Below are positions 1 through 10,637 of a stretch of DNA of 60,704 nucleotides, in pieces. Source of the DNA: Patescibacteria group bacterium. Lineage in GTDB: Bacteria > Patescibacteriota > Microgenomatia > 2-02-FULL-39-11. Under the pieces are notes generated by a model that searched no databases, had not been told where the DNA came from, and saw only the letters and a program-made list of their open reading frames with translations. The translations under genes were made by a program, and so were the position numbers. The stretch covers positions 1 to 60,704 of the forward strand of contig JAMCUI010000015.1 in assembly GCA_023379265.1 (NCBI GenBank), in the 5' to 3' direction. Position 1 is the stretch's first letter. Each line of letters opens with the position of its first letter.

Positions 1-174
1 TATCGTTTATTTTCCGACAAATTATATCAACGGAGCTATGTATTTTAGTGAAGTCCAGGTAATCTCAAACATGAGTACAATTAATAGCGTGCTTCAAGTA
101 AGAATGTAGAAAATCAAAGATTTACGGGTACTTATCCCTTGACAGTAGGTAGTATTTGTGCTACACTATCAATA

Positions 175-1044
175 ATGAAGCTAAATAAATACACAATCAG
201 AGATTTACAAAGAGATTTTCCGAATGATAAGGCCTGTTTAGACTGGTTAATAAAATACTTTTATCCTAATGGTATCTACTGCAAAAACTGTAAGAGAATA
301 ACAAAACATCACCCTATTAAATCACGACCTTCATATAGCTGTGATATATGCGGTAATCATGTACACCCTACCGCTAATACTATATTCCATAAATCAACCA
401 CTCCACTTACTTTATGGTTTTATGCTATCTACCTTATGACTGCTACCCGTGCAGGCATTTCTGCAAAACAATTAGAACGTGAATTAGGAGTTACCTATAA
501 GACTGCATGGCGCATGTTTCACCAAATCAGAAAAATGATGTATGATGATAAAACTCCGCTAGGCGGTGAAGTTGAAGTAGACGAAACGTATGTTGGAGGC
601 AAAGCACTAAACAGACGATACGCTGCTAACTTCAATGAAAAACCAAAAGAAGTCGTCATGGGCATGGTAGAACGTGGAGGACAGGCTAAAGTGCGCCACG
701 TCATAAGTTCGGGTACACGCTCATTACTTCCACAGATTACTAAAAATGTTAAGATAGGCGCACAAATCTATACCGATCAATGGCCTGCCTATGATACGCT
801 CCCCAAACTCGGTTTTAGCCATAAAAGTATTAACCACTTGGAAGCCTATGTGCATAACAACGTACATACACAAAACATAGAAAATCTATGGTCGCATATA
901 AAACGAGGAATAATGGGCGTATATCGCCATGTAGACCCAAAGTATCTACAAGCGTATGTTAATGAATATGCGTTCCGCTATAGTCAGAGGAATAACCCAC
1001 AAGCTATGTTTTGGGCTTTGATGGAGAGGGTGCAGAAGGTTTAA
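175..1044 (+). CDS. IS1595-family (ISXO2-like) DDE transposase
   Basis: N-terminal zinc ribbon (CKNCKR...CDICGNH) followed by an ISXO2-like DDE core (EVDETYVGG, YTDQWPAY, NIENLWSHIKR). The ATG at 175 is preferred over the TTG at 139 in the ORF track. IS ends were not identified. Confidence 0.85.
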   Translation: MKLNKYTIRDLQRDFPNDKACLDWLIKYFYPNGIYCKNCKRITKHHPIKSRPSYSCDICGNHVHPTANTIFHKSTTPLTLWFYAIYLMTATRAGISAKQLERELGVTYKTAWRMFHQIRKMMYDDKTPLGGEVEVDETYVGGKALNRRYAANFNEKPKEVVMGMVERGGQAKVRHVISSGTRSLLPQITKNVKIGAQIYTDQWPAYDTLPKLGFSHKSINHLEAYVHNNVHTQNIENLWSHIKRGIMGVYRHVDPKYLQAYVNEYAFRYSQRNNPQAMFWALMERVQKV

Positions 1045-1170
1045 TTTTTTTTGATACATTTTTTAATGTATTTTCAAATTCTTCTTTAGTGGGTTCAAGT
1101 CCTGCAAAATCCCTAGAAGCATTATCTTTTTTCTCTGCTTTTTTGTCTTTCATACGATGATTATAACATG

Positions 1171-2151
1171 TCAATCGAGCGAAATATTTTTTGCAGCTTC
1201 TGCAAGCAAAATGCTTTCAATTTTAGCTCTCTCTGCAATAAATTTATCACTATTTAATATATCAACAACTTTTTCTGCTGGTATGACAAAAGAAATACCG
1301 ACATTTAAATTTTTTATTTCATTTTCATCACTGGCAAAATCTAAATCAGTTTCACTTGTAAAAAAATGTCCACTTACTAATCCTAACCAATAAAAAATTC
1401 TCTGACCTGTTCTTTGTGAGATACTTTCTTCACTGCTTATATAATATGGATTTAATGAAACAAAAACTGGTGATCCACTTAAGCCTTTAATTGACCTGCT
1501 TTCAATTAAATATATTTCGGATTCTCCTATCTTTTTGTCTATATATACCTTTTCTTCAGGAAATAAAGCTATATTTCCTGTACGAAAAATTGGGTAATTT
1601 TTTTTATTCCCAACATGATGTCTAAATAATCCGATGGCACTTACGTCATCTCCTTCATTAAATCCATCTCGTTTGCCTATTTTGTTTTTATCAATAGCCC
1701 ACTCCATAGGTAGTGATAGCCAATCAAATTCTTTCTGGGTTATATTTAGTATTGTTGTAACTGCAACATCAACATGTTCTGGTTCTGTTGGGTGAAATTT
1801 CCATGCTGTTAAAGGTAATTCAATAACTCCAGACGTACCGTCATGCTTATTTATTCTTACTATCATGTTTTTATCTTTAGCCTTGTATTTCTCAGATTCT
1901 GCTTTTATTCCATCAATAACATGTTTCGCAGTTGTTAGATAGCTTACTTGGCCTTTTGGTTTTACTGGATAGGATAAAAAAAACGCAGTACCGCCATAAT
2001 GCTCTTTGGTAGCACCATTTGCATCTTGATATCGATAGCCTACAAATACAACGCATTTTTTAAACTTAGGATCAATAAGCATATCGTTATTATCTGAAAA
2101 ATAGTAACGTGGTAGTCCAGCTCCGCTATAATCTGTTTTTAATACTAGCAT
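1171..2151 (-). CDS. Cytoplasmic trypsin-like (S1/Trypsin_2-type) serine protease
   Basis: 326 aa with no signal peptide. Candidate catalytic triad: TTAKHV (His), HVDVAV (Asp), IKGLSGSPVF (GxSGSP Ser). Confidence 0.65.
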   Translation of the reverse strand: MLVLKTDYSGAGLPRYYFSDNNDMLIDPKFKKCVVFVGYRYQDANGATKEHYGGTAFFLSYPVKPKGQVSYLTTAKHVIDGIKAESEKYKAKDKNMIVRINKHDGTSGVIELPLTAWKFHPTEPEHVDVAVTTILNITQKEFDWLSLPMEWAIDKNKIGKRDGFNEGDDVSAIGLFRHHVGNKKNYPIFRTGNIALFPEEKVYIDKKIGESEIYLIESRSIKGLSGSPVFVSLNPYYISSEESISQRTGQRIFYWLGLVSGHFFTSETDLDFASDENEIKNLNVGISFVIPAEKVVDILNSDKFIAERAKIESILLAEAAKNISLD

Positions 2152-2194
2152 ATTTATTTACCTACGTCTAGGGGATAAATGCCGATTTACGGTA

Positions 2195-2222
2195 TTGACA
2201 AGATATAAGATAGTGTTATAAT
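2195..2222 (+). promoter_or_regulatory. Sigma70-type promoter upstream of rpoB
   Basis: TTGACA (2195-2200), 16-nt spacer, TGtTATAAT (extended -10; TATAAT at 2217-2222). Confidence 0.55.
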
Positions 2223-2314
2223 TTAGCCATTATTCAAGAGTAAGGCACTAGGCGTACAAATCGTCAGTACGCTTCTTTGGTGTTTTTTTTTGCTCCAAAT
2301 AAGTAAAATTCCTG

Positions 2315-5300
2315 ATGCGAAAATCTAAAAATAATTCCCAACAAGATATTGAGCACAAACGTCTCTATTGGGGAAAGAATTTTTCACACCTGCCAATACT
2401 TGATCTGACGGCTGTTCAGAAGGAGTCTTATGGTTGGTTTTTACAGGAAGGCATCCAAGAACTTCTGACAGAAGTTTCTCCGATTGAGGATTTTACCGGA
2501 AAAAATTGGATATTGTTTTTTGGTCAACACCATTTTGATAAACCACGGTATACCCCAGCCGAATGTTTGGAAAAAGGTCTTACTTTTGATTCTCCTTTGA
2601 AGGTTGAAGCCATCCTGACAAATAAGCAGACCGGGAAAGAAATAAGACAGGAAGTATTTCTTGGCGATATACCCACCATGACTGAAAACGGTACATTTAT
2701 CATCAATGGTGTAGAAAGATGTATTGTAAACCAGATAGTCAGATCTCCGGGAATATATTTTACAGGAGATATGGATCCGGCAACCGGTAAAACTCTTTAT
2801 ACCGCTGAAGTACGCCCGATGTTTGGGTCATGGTTGGATTTTTCCGTTTCCAGGAATGATGTGGTTACAGTAAGGATTGACCGTAGAAGGAAGTATTCGG
2901 CAACTACATTCCTGCGCGCAATGGGGATGGCAACGGATGAGGAGATAATGAGGATTTTTTCTGATTCTGACAGGCAAAAAACTATAATGGCCGCCACGAT
3001 TGAAAAAGATCCTACTAAAACAAGAGAAGAAGCTCTTGTAGAGATTTACAGAAAGATGAGACCGGGAGAGCCGGCAGTTTTGGAAAATGCTACAGAGCTA
3101 TTGAATAACCTTTTTTTCAGCCACAGACGTTACAGCTTGGGTAGAGTAGGAAGATATAAAATAAACAAAAAACTGGAACTTGCCACTCCTAACGATCAGG
3201 AACACTGGATATTATCCAAGGACGATATTGTAAGAACAGTAAAATATCTTATCAGCCTGACTGAAGGGGTAGGAAATAGTGATGATATAGATCACATGGG
3301 AAATAGGAGGATAAGGAGGGTAGGAGAACTTGTAGCTACGAATGCGTTTAAGCTTGGTTTAACCAGACTTGAAAGGTCAATCCGTGAGAGAATGAGTTTG
3401 GCAGGAACCCAAATTGAGATTACTCCTTCCCAGATAATAAACGCCAGACCCATAATTGCAGCAATAAACGACTTTTTCCGCACAAGCCAACTTTCCACCA
3501 TTCTTGATCAGACAAATCCCCTTAGCGAGGTAGATAACCTGCGACGTCTGACAGTCATGGGATCAGGCGGAATTTCCAGGGAACGTGCCTCATTTTCCAT
3601 TAGGGACATAAATTCTTCCCAATACAGCAGGATATGTCCGGTGAGAAGCCCTGAAGGACCGAACATTGGTCTTGTTACTTATATGGCTCTTTATGCAAGA
3701 GTGAATGAATTTGGTTTTCTGGAAGCCCCATATAAAAGAGTAGAAGTTGAGGGTAAATCAAATAGACCAAGAGTCACGGATGAAATTGTCTATTTGGCTT
3801 CAGATGACGAGCAGAATTACTACATAACCCACGCTGATGTACCTGTAGATGAGAAGGGATATCTAGTTGGTGACAGAATTCCGGCACGGTATAAAGGAGA
3901 TTTTTTGGAAACAGACGCCAAAAATATCAGTTTTATCGATGTTGTTCCCAGACAGGTGGTTGGAGTATCGGCATCCCTTATACCATTTCTAGCCCACGAT
4001 GAAGCAAACAGGGCTCTTATGGGAACACATATGCAGTGTCAGGCTGTACCTTTGGTAAAACCGCAGTCTCCCGTGGTGGGAACAGGGATGGAAGGAATTA
4101 TTCCTCAGGCCTTGAGAAGGTCAGTGATCAGTCCTGAGGATGGAAAAGTCGTCTATGTGGATGCAAACAAACTGGTGGTAAAAGGAAAAAGCGGCAAGGA
4201 ATATACATACAATATTGAGAAATTCAAACGGACTTCTCAAAATACAGCCTTTTCCCAAAACCCTCTGGTTTCCTTGGGAGATAAAGTAAATAAGGGCCAA
4301 TGTGTAATTGATGCACCGGCAACCGAAAACGGTGAGTTAGCGCTTGGGCAGAATTTGGTTATTGCCTATGCTTCTTTTGAAGGTTTGGGATATGAGGACG
4401 CCATAGTCATCTCAGATAAATTGGTAAAAGACGATATGCTTTCCTCAATAAGTATTGAGGAATATGAGACTGAAGTGGTGGACACAAAACTTGGACCTGA
4501 AGAAACAACACGCGATATTCCAAACGTCGGTGAGGAAGCCCTGGCAAATCTGGATGAGAAAGGAATCGTTGTTATTGGGGCAGAAGTATATCCTAATGAT
4601 ATTCTTGTAGGAAAAATAGCCCCCAAGGGCGAAACAGAATTGACCGCAGAAGAAAGACTTTTAAGGGCAATTTTTGGCGAGAAAGCCAGAGAAGTACGCG
4701 ACACATCCCTTCGTATGCCTCATGGTGAAAAAGGTGTGGTAATTGATGTCAAAATTCTGGATCGCGAAAAGGGTGACGAACTGCAACCGGGAACGATAAA
4801 GAAGATCATTGTCAAAGTGGCTCAGATGAGGAAAGTGGTGGTAGGTGACAAGCTAGCCGGAAGGCACGGGAATAAAGGAGTCATCAGCAAAATAGTGCCT
4901 GTTGCCGATATGCCCTATCTTGAGGATGGTACTCAGGTAGACATTATTATTTCTCCATTGTCCGTTTTGTCCAGAATGAATTTGGGACAACTCCTAGAAG
5001 CTCATCTTGGTTGGGCCGCAATAAAAGGCGGATATAAAGTAGCTGTACCTGTTTTTGAGCATATTGCGGAAAAGAAAATTATAGAGGAATTGGAAACAAA
5101 TGGGCTCTCCACAAGTGGTAAACTGACGCTTTATGATGGTAGGACGGGACAGCCTCTTAAAGAAAAAGTGGTAGTGGGGATTGGTTATGTCATGAAACTC
5201 ATACACATGGTTGAGGATAAGACTCACGCCAGATCTACAGGCCCTTACTCACTTGTGACTCAGCAGCCATTGGGAGGAAAAGCGCAGATGGGAGGACAAA

Positions 5301-5707
5301 GATTGGGAGAGATGGAGGTATGGGCACTTGAAGCACACAGAGCTGCATATACTCTCCAGGAGATGCTGACAATAAAATCTGATGATGTGGTAGGGCGGGC
5401 CCGTGCATTTGAAGCAATAGTCAAAGGCAGCGATATTCCTGCTTCTACCATACCTGAATCATTTAAGGTATTAGTCAAGGAATTACAGGCTTTGGGTTTG
5501 AATGTTTTGCCTACCGGCGCCGTACTAGCAACAAGAAAACCTGTTGGAGATATTATTTCTGAAAATGAAGAGGAAAAAGTTGAAAAAGAAGCACAGGCAT
5601 TGGCAGTTGCTGCTGGAGAGGAGACGGTGGATGAAACGGCTGCCGTCACATCAACAACAGCAGTCACAACAGTACCTGAAGATGAAAACGTAAAAAAAGA
5701 ATTGTGA
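2315..5707 (+). CDS. rpoB: DNA-directed RNA polymerase beta subunit
   Basis: 1130 aa with conserved beta-subunit blocks (GTFIINGVERCIVNQ, NRALMGTHMQCQAVP, GRHGNKGV, GGQRLGEMEVWALEA). Acidic, Thr-rich C-terminal tail. Confidence 0.98.
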   Translation: MRKSKNNSQQDIEHKRLYWGKNFSHLPILDLTAVQKESYGWFLQEGIQELLTEVSPIEDFTGKNWILFFGQHHFDKPRYTPAECLEKGLTFDSPLKVEAILTNKQTGKEIRQEVFLGDIPTMTENGTFIINGVERCIVNQIVRSPGIYFTGDMDPATGKTLYTAEVRPMFGSWLDFSVSRNDVVTVRIDRRRKYSATTFLRAMGMATDEEIMRIFSDSDRQKTIMAATIEKDPTKTREEALVEIYRKMRPGEPAVLENATELLNNLFFSHRRYSLGRVGRYKINKKLELATPNDQEHWILSKDDIVRTVKYLISLTEGVGNSDDIDHMGNRRIRRVGELVATNAFKLGLTRLERSIRERMSLAGTQIEITPSQIINARPIIAAINDFFRTSQLSTILDQTNPLSEVDNLRRLTVMGSGGISRERASFSIRDINSSQYSRICPVRSPEGPNIGLVTYMALYARVNEFGFLEAPYKRVEVEGKSNRPRVTDEIVYLASDDEQNYYITHADVPVDEKGYLVGDRIPARYKGDFLETDAKNISFIDVVPRQVVGVSASLIPFLAHDEANRALMGTHMQCQAVPLVKPQSPVVGTGMEGIIPQALRRSVISPEDGKVVYVDANKLVVKGKSGKEYTYNIEKFKRTSQNTAFSQNPLVSLGDKVNKGQCVIDAPATENGELALGQNLVIAYASFEGLGYEDAIVISDKLVKDDMLSSISIEEYETEVVDTKLGPEETTRDIPNVGEEALANLDEKGIVVIGAEVYPNDILVGKIAPKGETELTAEERLLRAIFGEKAREVRDTSLRMPHGEKGVVIDVKILDREKGDELQPGTIKKIIVKVAQMRKVVVGDKLAGRHGNKGVISKIVPVADMPYLEDGTQVDIIISPLSVLSRMNLGQLLEAHLGWAAIKGGYKVAVPVFEHIAEKKIIEELETNGLSTSGKLTLYDGRTGQPLKEKVVVGIGYVMKLIHMVEDKTHARSTGPYSLVTQQPLGGKAQMGGQRLGEMEVWALEAHRAAYTLQEMLTIKSDDVVGRARAFEAIVKGSDIPASTIPESFKVLVKELQALGLNVLPTGAVLATRKPVGDIISENEEEKVEKEAQALAVAAGEETVDETAAVTSTTAVTTVPEDENVKKEL

Positions 5708-5746
5708 TTTTGTAAAAAAGATTAGTAACATTAAAAATTAAAAATA

Positions 5747-8700
5747 ATGGATAAAAAAGGTAATTTTGGTAATATAGTAGATTTTTCCGGTCTTAAACTG
5801 ACATTGGCTTCTTCAGAGGATATAATGGCATGGTCTTATGGAGAGGTGGTAAAACCAGAGACAATTAACTACCGTACTCTAAAACCTGAAAAGGATGGTC
5901 TTTTTGACGAAAGAATTTTCGGTCCAACCAAGGACTGGGAATGTTACTGCGGCAAGTACAAAAGAATCCGCTACAGAGGCATAATTTGTGATAAATGTGG
6001 AGTTGAAGTGACACAAAGCAAAGTCAGACGTGAGAGAATGGGACACATAAAGCTAGCTGCACCTGTAGCGCATGTCTGGTTTTTTAAGGGAGCCCCATCT
6101 AAATTATCCCTGCTTCTTGATTTGACTCCAAAGGGTTTGGAAAACGTAATCTATTTTGCTTCATATCTTGTGACAGATGTTAATCGTGATGAGCAGAAAA
6201 AAGCTGAAGCGAAATTGACTGAAGTTTTTGAGAAGAGGAAAGCGGATAGGGAAAAAGAGATTAAGGTAAAGATGGATGAGATAAATAGCGAATATGGGAA
6301 TGAGAAAAAAGTTACAGAAAACAGGATAAAAAACAAAGAAGCAAAGGATTTGGCTTTGGAAGAGTTGGAATACAGAAGAAAACAGCAGACTACAGCAGTG
6401 CAGGAAGAAAACATGAGAGCTGAGGAAACAGCCAAGGAAATATTCAAAACCATTGCAGACCTTGTAGGAAGACTGCGTTTCTTAACCATTATTTCTGAGG
6501 ATGAATATCTTAAGTTAAGAGAATATGAAACAACATCATTTTTCAACGTAGGAATGGGAGCAGAGTGTATACTAGAGGTTTTAAAAAAGATAGATTTGGC
6601 AAAAATTACCGCAGAACTCAGAAAAAAAACACAAGAACTGACCGGCGCCAGAAAAGTAAAAGCAACTAAAAGACTGCGTGTGGTGGAAGGTCTGAAAAAA
6701 GCAGAGATTGATCCTTCTTGGATGATTTTGTCCGTACTTCCTGTAATTCCTCCAGATTTGCGTCCGATGGTGCAGTTGACGGGCGGTAAATTTGCCACGT
6801 CGGACCTAAATGATCTATATAGAAGAGTCATAAATAGAAATAACAGGCTTAAGCATCTTATTGAACTGGGGGCGCCAGAGATAATTCTGCGCAATGAAAA
6901 AAGGATGCTTCAGGAGGCAGTCGATTCGCTAATAGACGCGAGCCAAAGGACTACAGGGCGTGTAGCAACTAACAATGCTCTTCGTTCTCTTTCGGACATG
7001 CTTCGTGGAAAACAGGGTCGTTTCCGCCAAAACCTTTTGGGTAAGAGGGTCGATTATTCGGGTCGTTCAGTCATTGTTGTTGGGCCTGAGTTATCTCTTG
7101 CTTCCTGCGGTTTGCCCAAAGAGATGGCGCTTGAACTTTTTAAGCCTTTTGTTTTGCGTGAGTTAATAGTGCGAGGTTTGGCCCCAAACGTCAAAAGCGC
7201 CAAGAATATACTAGAGAGAAGACAATCACAGGTATTTGATATATTAGAGGAAATAACAAAGAACCATCCGGTACTTCTCAACCGTGCTCCTACTCTTCAT
7301 AAATTAGGAATTCAGGCGTTTTACCCAATCCTGATTGAGGGTGCGGCAATTAGAATCCACCCCTGTGTTTGTGCAGGATACAACGCTGATTTTGATGGCG
7401 ACCAGATGGCGGTACACGTGCCACTGTCCAAAGCGTCCCAGGAGGAAGCCAAAGCTTTGATGTTGCCTATAAACAATCTATTGAAACCTGCAGACGGTTC
7501 TCCGATAACTATCCCAAACAAAGAGATGGCTTTGGGATGTTATTATCTGACGACGTTTGCGCCGGGGGGAGAGAGCATAAAAGATGAAGAATTGCCTATA
7601 TTTGCTGATAGTCAGGAGGCAATCTATGCTTTGCAGGTAAACAAGATCGGTTTGCGCCAGCCGGTAAGGTTGAGTCTTGGAGGGAAGCTGACACGTACAA
7701 CAGTTGGACGGATACTTTTTAATGAAAACCTGCCGGAGGAGATGCGCTACTATAATGAACCTGTAAAAGCAGCAACCATAAAATACCTGGTTACAAGCGC
7801 TTTTGACCTTTACCCTCAGGAAGAAGTAGCGGCACTTATTGATAAATTTAAGAATTTCGGATTTTGGGGAGCGACTCTTGCAGGTGGAATGTCCGTGTCG
7901 GTTTTTGATAACCTCATAATAGGAAATAAGAATGAAATGATAAAACAGGCAGAAAAGAAAGTAGCTGATGTAGAAAATAATTACCGGCAGGGCCTTATAA
8001 CAAATGAAGAAAGAAAAAGACTGCAGAATGAAATTTGGATTGATATAACCGAAGAGGTGGCAGATGCCACATGGGAGGCTATGTCTGACGATAATCCGGT
8101 AAAAATCATTATCAACTCTGGAGGAGCCCGTGCCTCAAAAGACCAGCTAAAACAACTTTGCGCCATAAAGGGATTGGTGGTTGATCCTTTGGGGAAAATT
8201 GTGGAGTTGCCGACCAAATCAAATTACAGGGAAGGTCTTTCCATTTTTGAATATGTGACTTCAACAAGAGGTTCCAGAAAAGGGTTGACTGATTCAGCAC
8301 TAAAGACAGCCGATGCAGGATATCTGACCAGAAGGCTGGTGGATGTGGCCCATGACATGATTGTAAGAAGTGAAGACTGTAAGACTACAAAAGGTCTGGA
8401 GATATCAAGGACAGAAGGAAGACAGACACAGCTTGAAGCAAGAGTGACTGGAAGAGTGGTAGTAGAAAAAATTGTCAATCCAAAGACAAAGAAGGTCATA
8501 TTCAAGCCTGGCGATTTGATAACTGAGGATAAGCTTTATCTCCTGAAAGATGTGGACAGTGTAGTAGTAAGATCACCTTTGACATGCGAGTTGAAGTACG
8601 GAATATGTGCTACCTGTTATGGTCTGGATTTGGGTAACAAGAAGTTTGTTGAAATAGGTACTCCAGTTGGTATAGTAGCCGCCCAGTCAATAGGTGAGCC

Positions 8701-9466
8701 GGGAACTCAATTGACAATGAGAGTAAGGCATGCAGGAGGAATAGTCGGGCTTGACGTGACACAGGGTTTACCCCGCGTGGAGGAACTTTTTGAAGCCAGA
8801 ACTCCAAAAATATTTTCACCAATATCAGAAATTGCTGGAAAAGTATCTGTTGAGGAAACTGAGAGCGGTGTAAAAGTTACAGTAAGAAGCGTAGGTATAA
8901 AACCGGCAGAGGAGAGGATTTATACTGTGCCGGCTGCCTCTGAGTTGAGGGTGAAAGAAGGGGATCTTATTGCAGCAGGTGATCCAATTACTCATGGCCC
9001 GCTTGACATAAAAGAAGTATTCCAAATAAGAGGACTATTGGGTGCACAGACTTATCTTCTTTCAGAAGTGCAAAATGTTTATGAGTCACAAGGTATCCCC
9101 ATTCATGACAAGCATTTTGAAGTGATAATAAGGAAAATGAGTGATAAGGTCAGAATAGAAACTTCAGGTGATACGTCATTCCTACCTGGCGAGTTGGTAG
9201 ATAAGAGGCGTTTTGAGGAAGAAAATGCCCGTGTCATAACAGAGGGTGGTGAGCCATCAAGTGCTCAGGTAGTCATACTAGGAATTACGCGTGCAGCACT
9301 TTATACCGAGTCGTGGCTTTCAGCCGCCTCATTCCAGGAAACCACGAGCATACTGACTGAGACTGCGCTTTTGGGTAAGGAAGATCACTTGTTGGGTCTG
9401 AAGGAAAATGTTATAATCGGCAGACTTATTCCAGTAACGGACGACAGAGCAAAGATCGAAGCTTAA
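5747..9466 (+). CDS. rpoC: DNA-directed RNA polymerase beta' subunit
   Basis: 1239 aa with the zinc motif [23 protein letters not shown] and the catalytic NADFDGD. Confidence 0.98.
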   Translation: MDKKGNFGNIVDFSGLKLTLASSEDIMAWSYGEVVKPETINYRTLKPEKDGLFDERIFGPTKDWECYCGKYKRIRYRGIICDKCGVEVTQSKVRRERMGHIKLAAPVAHVWFFKGAPSKLSLLLDLTPKGLENVIYFASYLVTDVNRDEQKKAEAKLTEVFEKRKADREKEIKVKMDEINSEYGNEKKVTENRIKNKEAKDLALEELEYRRKQQTTAVQEENMRAEETAKEIFKTIADLVGRLRFLTIISEDEYLKLREYETTSFFNVGMGAECILEVLKKIDLAKITAELRKKTQELTGARKVKATKRLRVVEGLKKAEIDPSWMILSVLPVIPPDLRPMVQLTGGKFATSDLNDLYRRVINRNNRLKHLIELGAPEIILRNEKRMLQEAVDSLIDASQRTTGRVATNNALRSLSDMLRGKQGRFRQNLLGKRVDYSGRSVIVVGPELSLASCGLPKEMALELFKPFVLRELIVRGLAPNVKSAKNILERRQSQVFDILEEITKNHPVLLNRAPTLHKLGIQAFYPILIEGAAIRIHPCVCAGYNADFDGDQMAVHVPLSKASQEEAKALMLPINNLLKPADGSPITIPNKEMALGCYYLTTFAPGGESIKDEELPIFADSQEAIYALQVNKIGLRQPVRLSLGGKLTRTTVGRILFNENLPEEMRYYNEPVKAATIKYLVTSAFDLYPQEEVAALIDKFKNFGFWGATLAGGMSVSVFDNLIIGNKNEMIKQAEKKVADVENNYRQGLITNEERKRLQNEIWIDITEEVADATWEAMSDDNPVKIIINSGGARASKDQLKQLCAIKGLVVDPLGKIVELPTKSNYREGLSIFEYVTSTRGSRKGLTDSALKTADAGYLTRRLVDVAHDMIVRSEDCKTTKGLEISRTEGRQTQLEARVTGRVVVEKIVNPKTKKVIFKPGDLITEDKLYLLKDVDSVVVRSPLTCELKYGICATCYGLDLGNKKFVEIGTPVGIVAAQSIGEPGTQLTMRVRHAGGIVGLDVTQGLPRVEELFEARTPKIFSPISEIAGKVSVEETESGVKVTVRSVGIKPAEERIYTVPAASELRVKEGDLIAAGDPITHGPLDIKEVFQIRGLLGAQTYLLSEVQNVYESQGIPIHDKHFEVIIRKMSDKVRIETSGDTSFLPGELVDKRRFEEENARVITEGGEPSSAQVVILGITRAALYTESWLSAASFQETTSILTETALLGKEDHLLGLKENVIIGRLIPVTDDRAKIEA

Positions 9467-9588
9467 AAAGGGATTTTCAATTAGTTGAATAGACATATAT
9501 CGATACACTAAATATGAATTCCCCGCAATAAGAAAACACTAACTTGTTTTTAAGCTCCGGCTAGTTTTTGAAAAATATTTCAATTTTT

Positions 9589-10065
9589 ATGCCAACGATA
9601 AATCAATTAGTCAAAAAAGGTAGAAAGAAAATTGCCAAAAAGGTAAAAGCTACAGCTTTGAGGCGTTATTTTAATGCCAAAGACAGGCAGATGAAACAAA
9701 TCTCAGCTCCCTTCAAGCGCGGAGTTGTCACATTGGTCAAAACAATGACACCTAAAAAGCCAAATTCAGCCTTGAGGAAAGTGGCAAGGGTCAGACTTTC
9801 AAACAAGCAGGAAGTGACAGCTTATATCCCAGGTATAGGACATGAATTGACAGAGCACGCTATAGTGCTAGTGAGAGGTGGACGGGTCAAAGATCTACCG
9901 GGAGTGAAGTATCATATAGTAAGAGGGAAGTTTGACACGTCGGGAGTATCCGGAAGGAAAAAAGGGAGATCAAGGTATGGTACAAAGAAATCAGGTGGCG
10001 GGTCAGCTCCTTCTGCGGCAAAAGCAGCAGCTCCAGCACCCGCAGCAGCAGCTCCAGCAGCATAA
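9589..10065 (+). CDS. rpsL: 30S ribosomal protein S12 with Ala/Pro-rich C-terminal tail
   Basis: [14 protein letters not shown] start at the ATG at 9589 (the ORF-track start at 9568 is TTG); [17 protein letters not shown] motif; tail [23 protein letters not shown]. Confidence 0.95.
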   Translation: MPTINQLVKKGRKKIAKKVKATALRRYFNAKDRQMKQISAPFKRGVVTLVKTMTPKKPNSALRKVARVRLSNKQEVTAYIPGIGHELTEHAIVLVRGGRVKDLPGVKYHIVRGKFDTSGVSGRKKGRSRYGTKKSGGGSAPSAAKAAAPAPAAAAPAA

Positions 10066-10084
10066 TTAATATTAAAGAAAAACT

Positions 10085-10561
10085 ATGTCACGAACAGGAA
10101 AAGTAAGAAAAATTCAGGTTGCAGTCGATCCGATTTTCGGTAACAAGCTTTTGGCTAAATTCATAAACTGTGTCATGAAAGACGGCAAAAAGAGTGTTGC
10201 CCAAAAGCAGGTATACAGTGCCTTGGATATCATAAAAGGTAAAGATATGGATGCGCTGACGGTATTTCAGAATGCCATCCAAAATGTAGGTCCCAGGTTT
10301 GAGGTGCGGGCACGAAGGGTGGGAGGAGCTTCCTACCAGGTACCTACTGAGATCCGGGGGGACAGAAGGATATCGCTTGCCATAAGGTGGATTATTGATG
10401 CGGCCAACAAGCGTCCCAGTAAACAGTATCATACTTTTGCCGAAAAACTCGCTGCAGAACTTTTAGATGTAAACAGTAATACAGGGGAAGCAATAAGAAA
10501 AAGAGACTTAATGCACCGAAATGCCGAAGCCAACAAGGCCTTTGCGCATTTCCGTTGGTAA
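10085..10561 (+). CDS. rpsG: 30S ribosomal protein S7
   Basis: 158 aa ending in the typical NKAFAHFRW; sits in the rpsL-rpsG-fusA order. Confidence 0.95.
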   Translation: MSRTGKVRKIQVAVDPIFGNKLLAKFINCVMKDGKKSVAQKQVYSALDIIKGKDMDALTVFQNAIQNVGPRFEVRARRVGGASYQVPTEIRGDRRISLAIRWIIDAANKRPSKQYHTFAEKLAAELLDVNSNTGEAIRKRDLMHRNAEANKAFAHFRW

Positions 10562-10637
10562 AACATATTACAGTCGTTGGCGGTTAGCTTGGAATATAAT
10601 TGAGTATAAGCTAAGGCCAGCGACAATTTTTATTTTT

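Noticed and set aside
1085-1110. A tRNA-like T-arm (GTGGGTTCAAGTCCTGC), suggesting a tRNA gene or att fragment.
   Set aside because: The T-stem needs two G-U pairs. No acceptor or anticodon arms can be formed from the flanks and there is no CCA context. The string also lies within a possible short ORF.
6151-6894. Long antisense or overlapping ORFs within rpoB, rpoC, fusA, tuf, ATPase and transporter genes (for example 6151-6894 minus, 247 aa; 40581-41219 minus, 212 aa; 55507-56103 minus, 198 aa; 57869-58495 minus, 208 aa).
   Set aside because: These are shadow ORFs opposite highly conserved genes. They have low-complexity composition, no motifs and no ribosome-binding sites.
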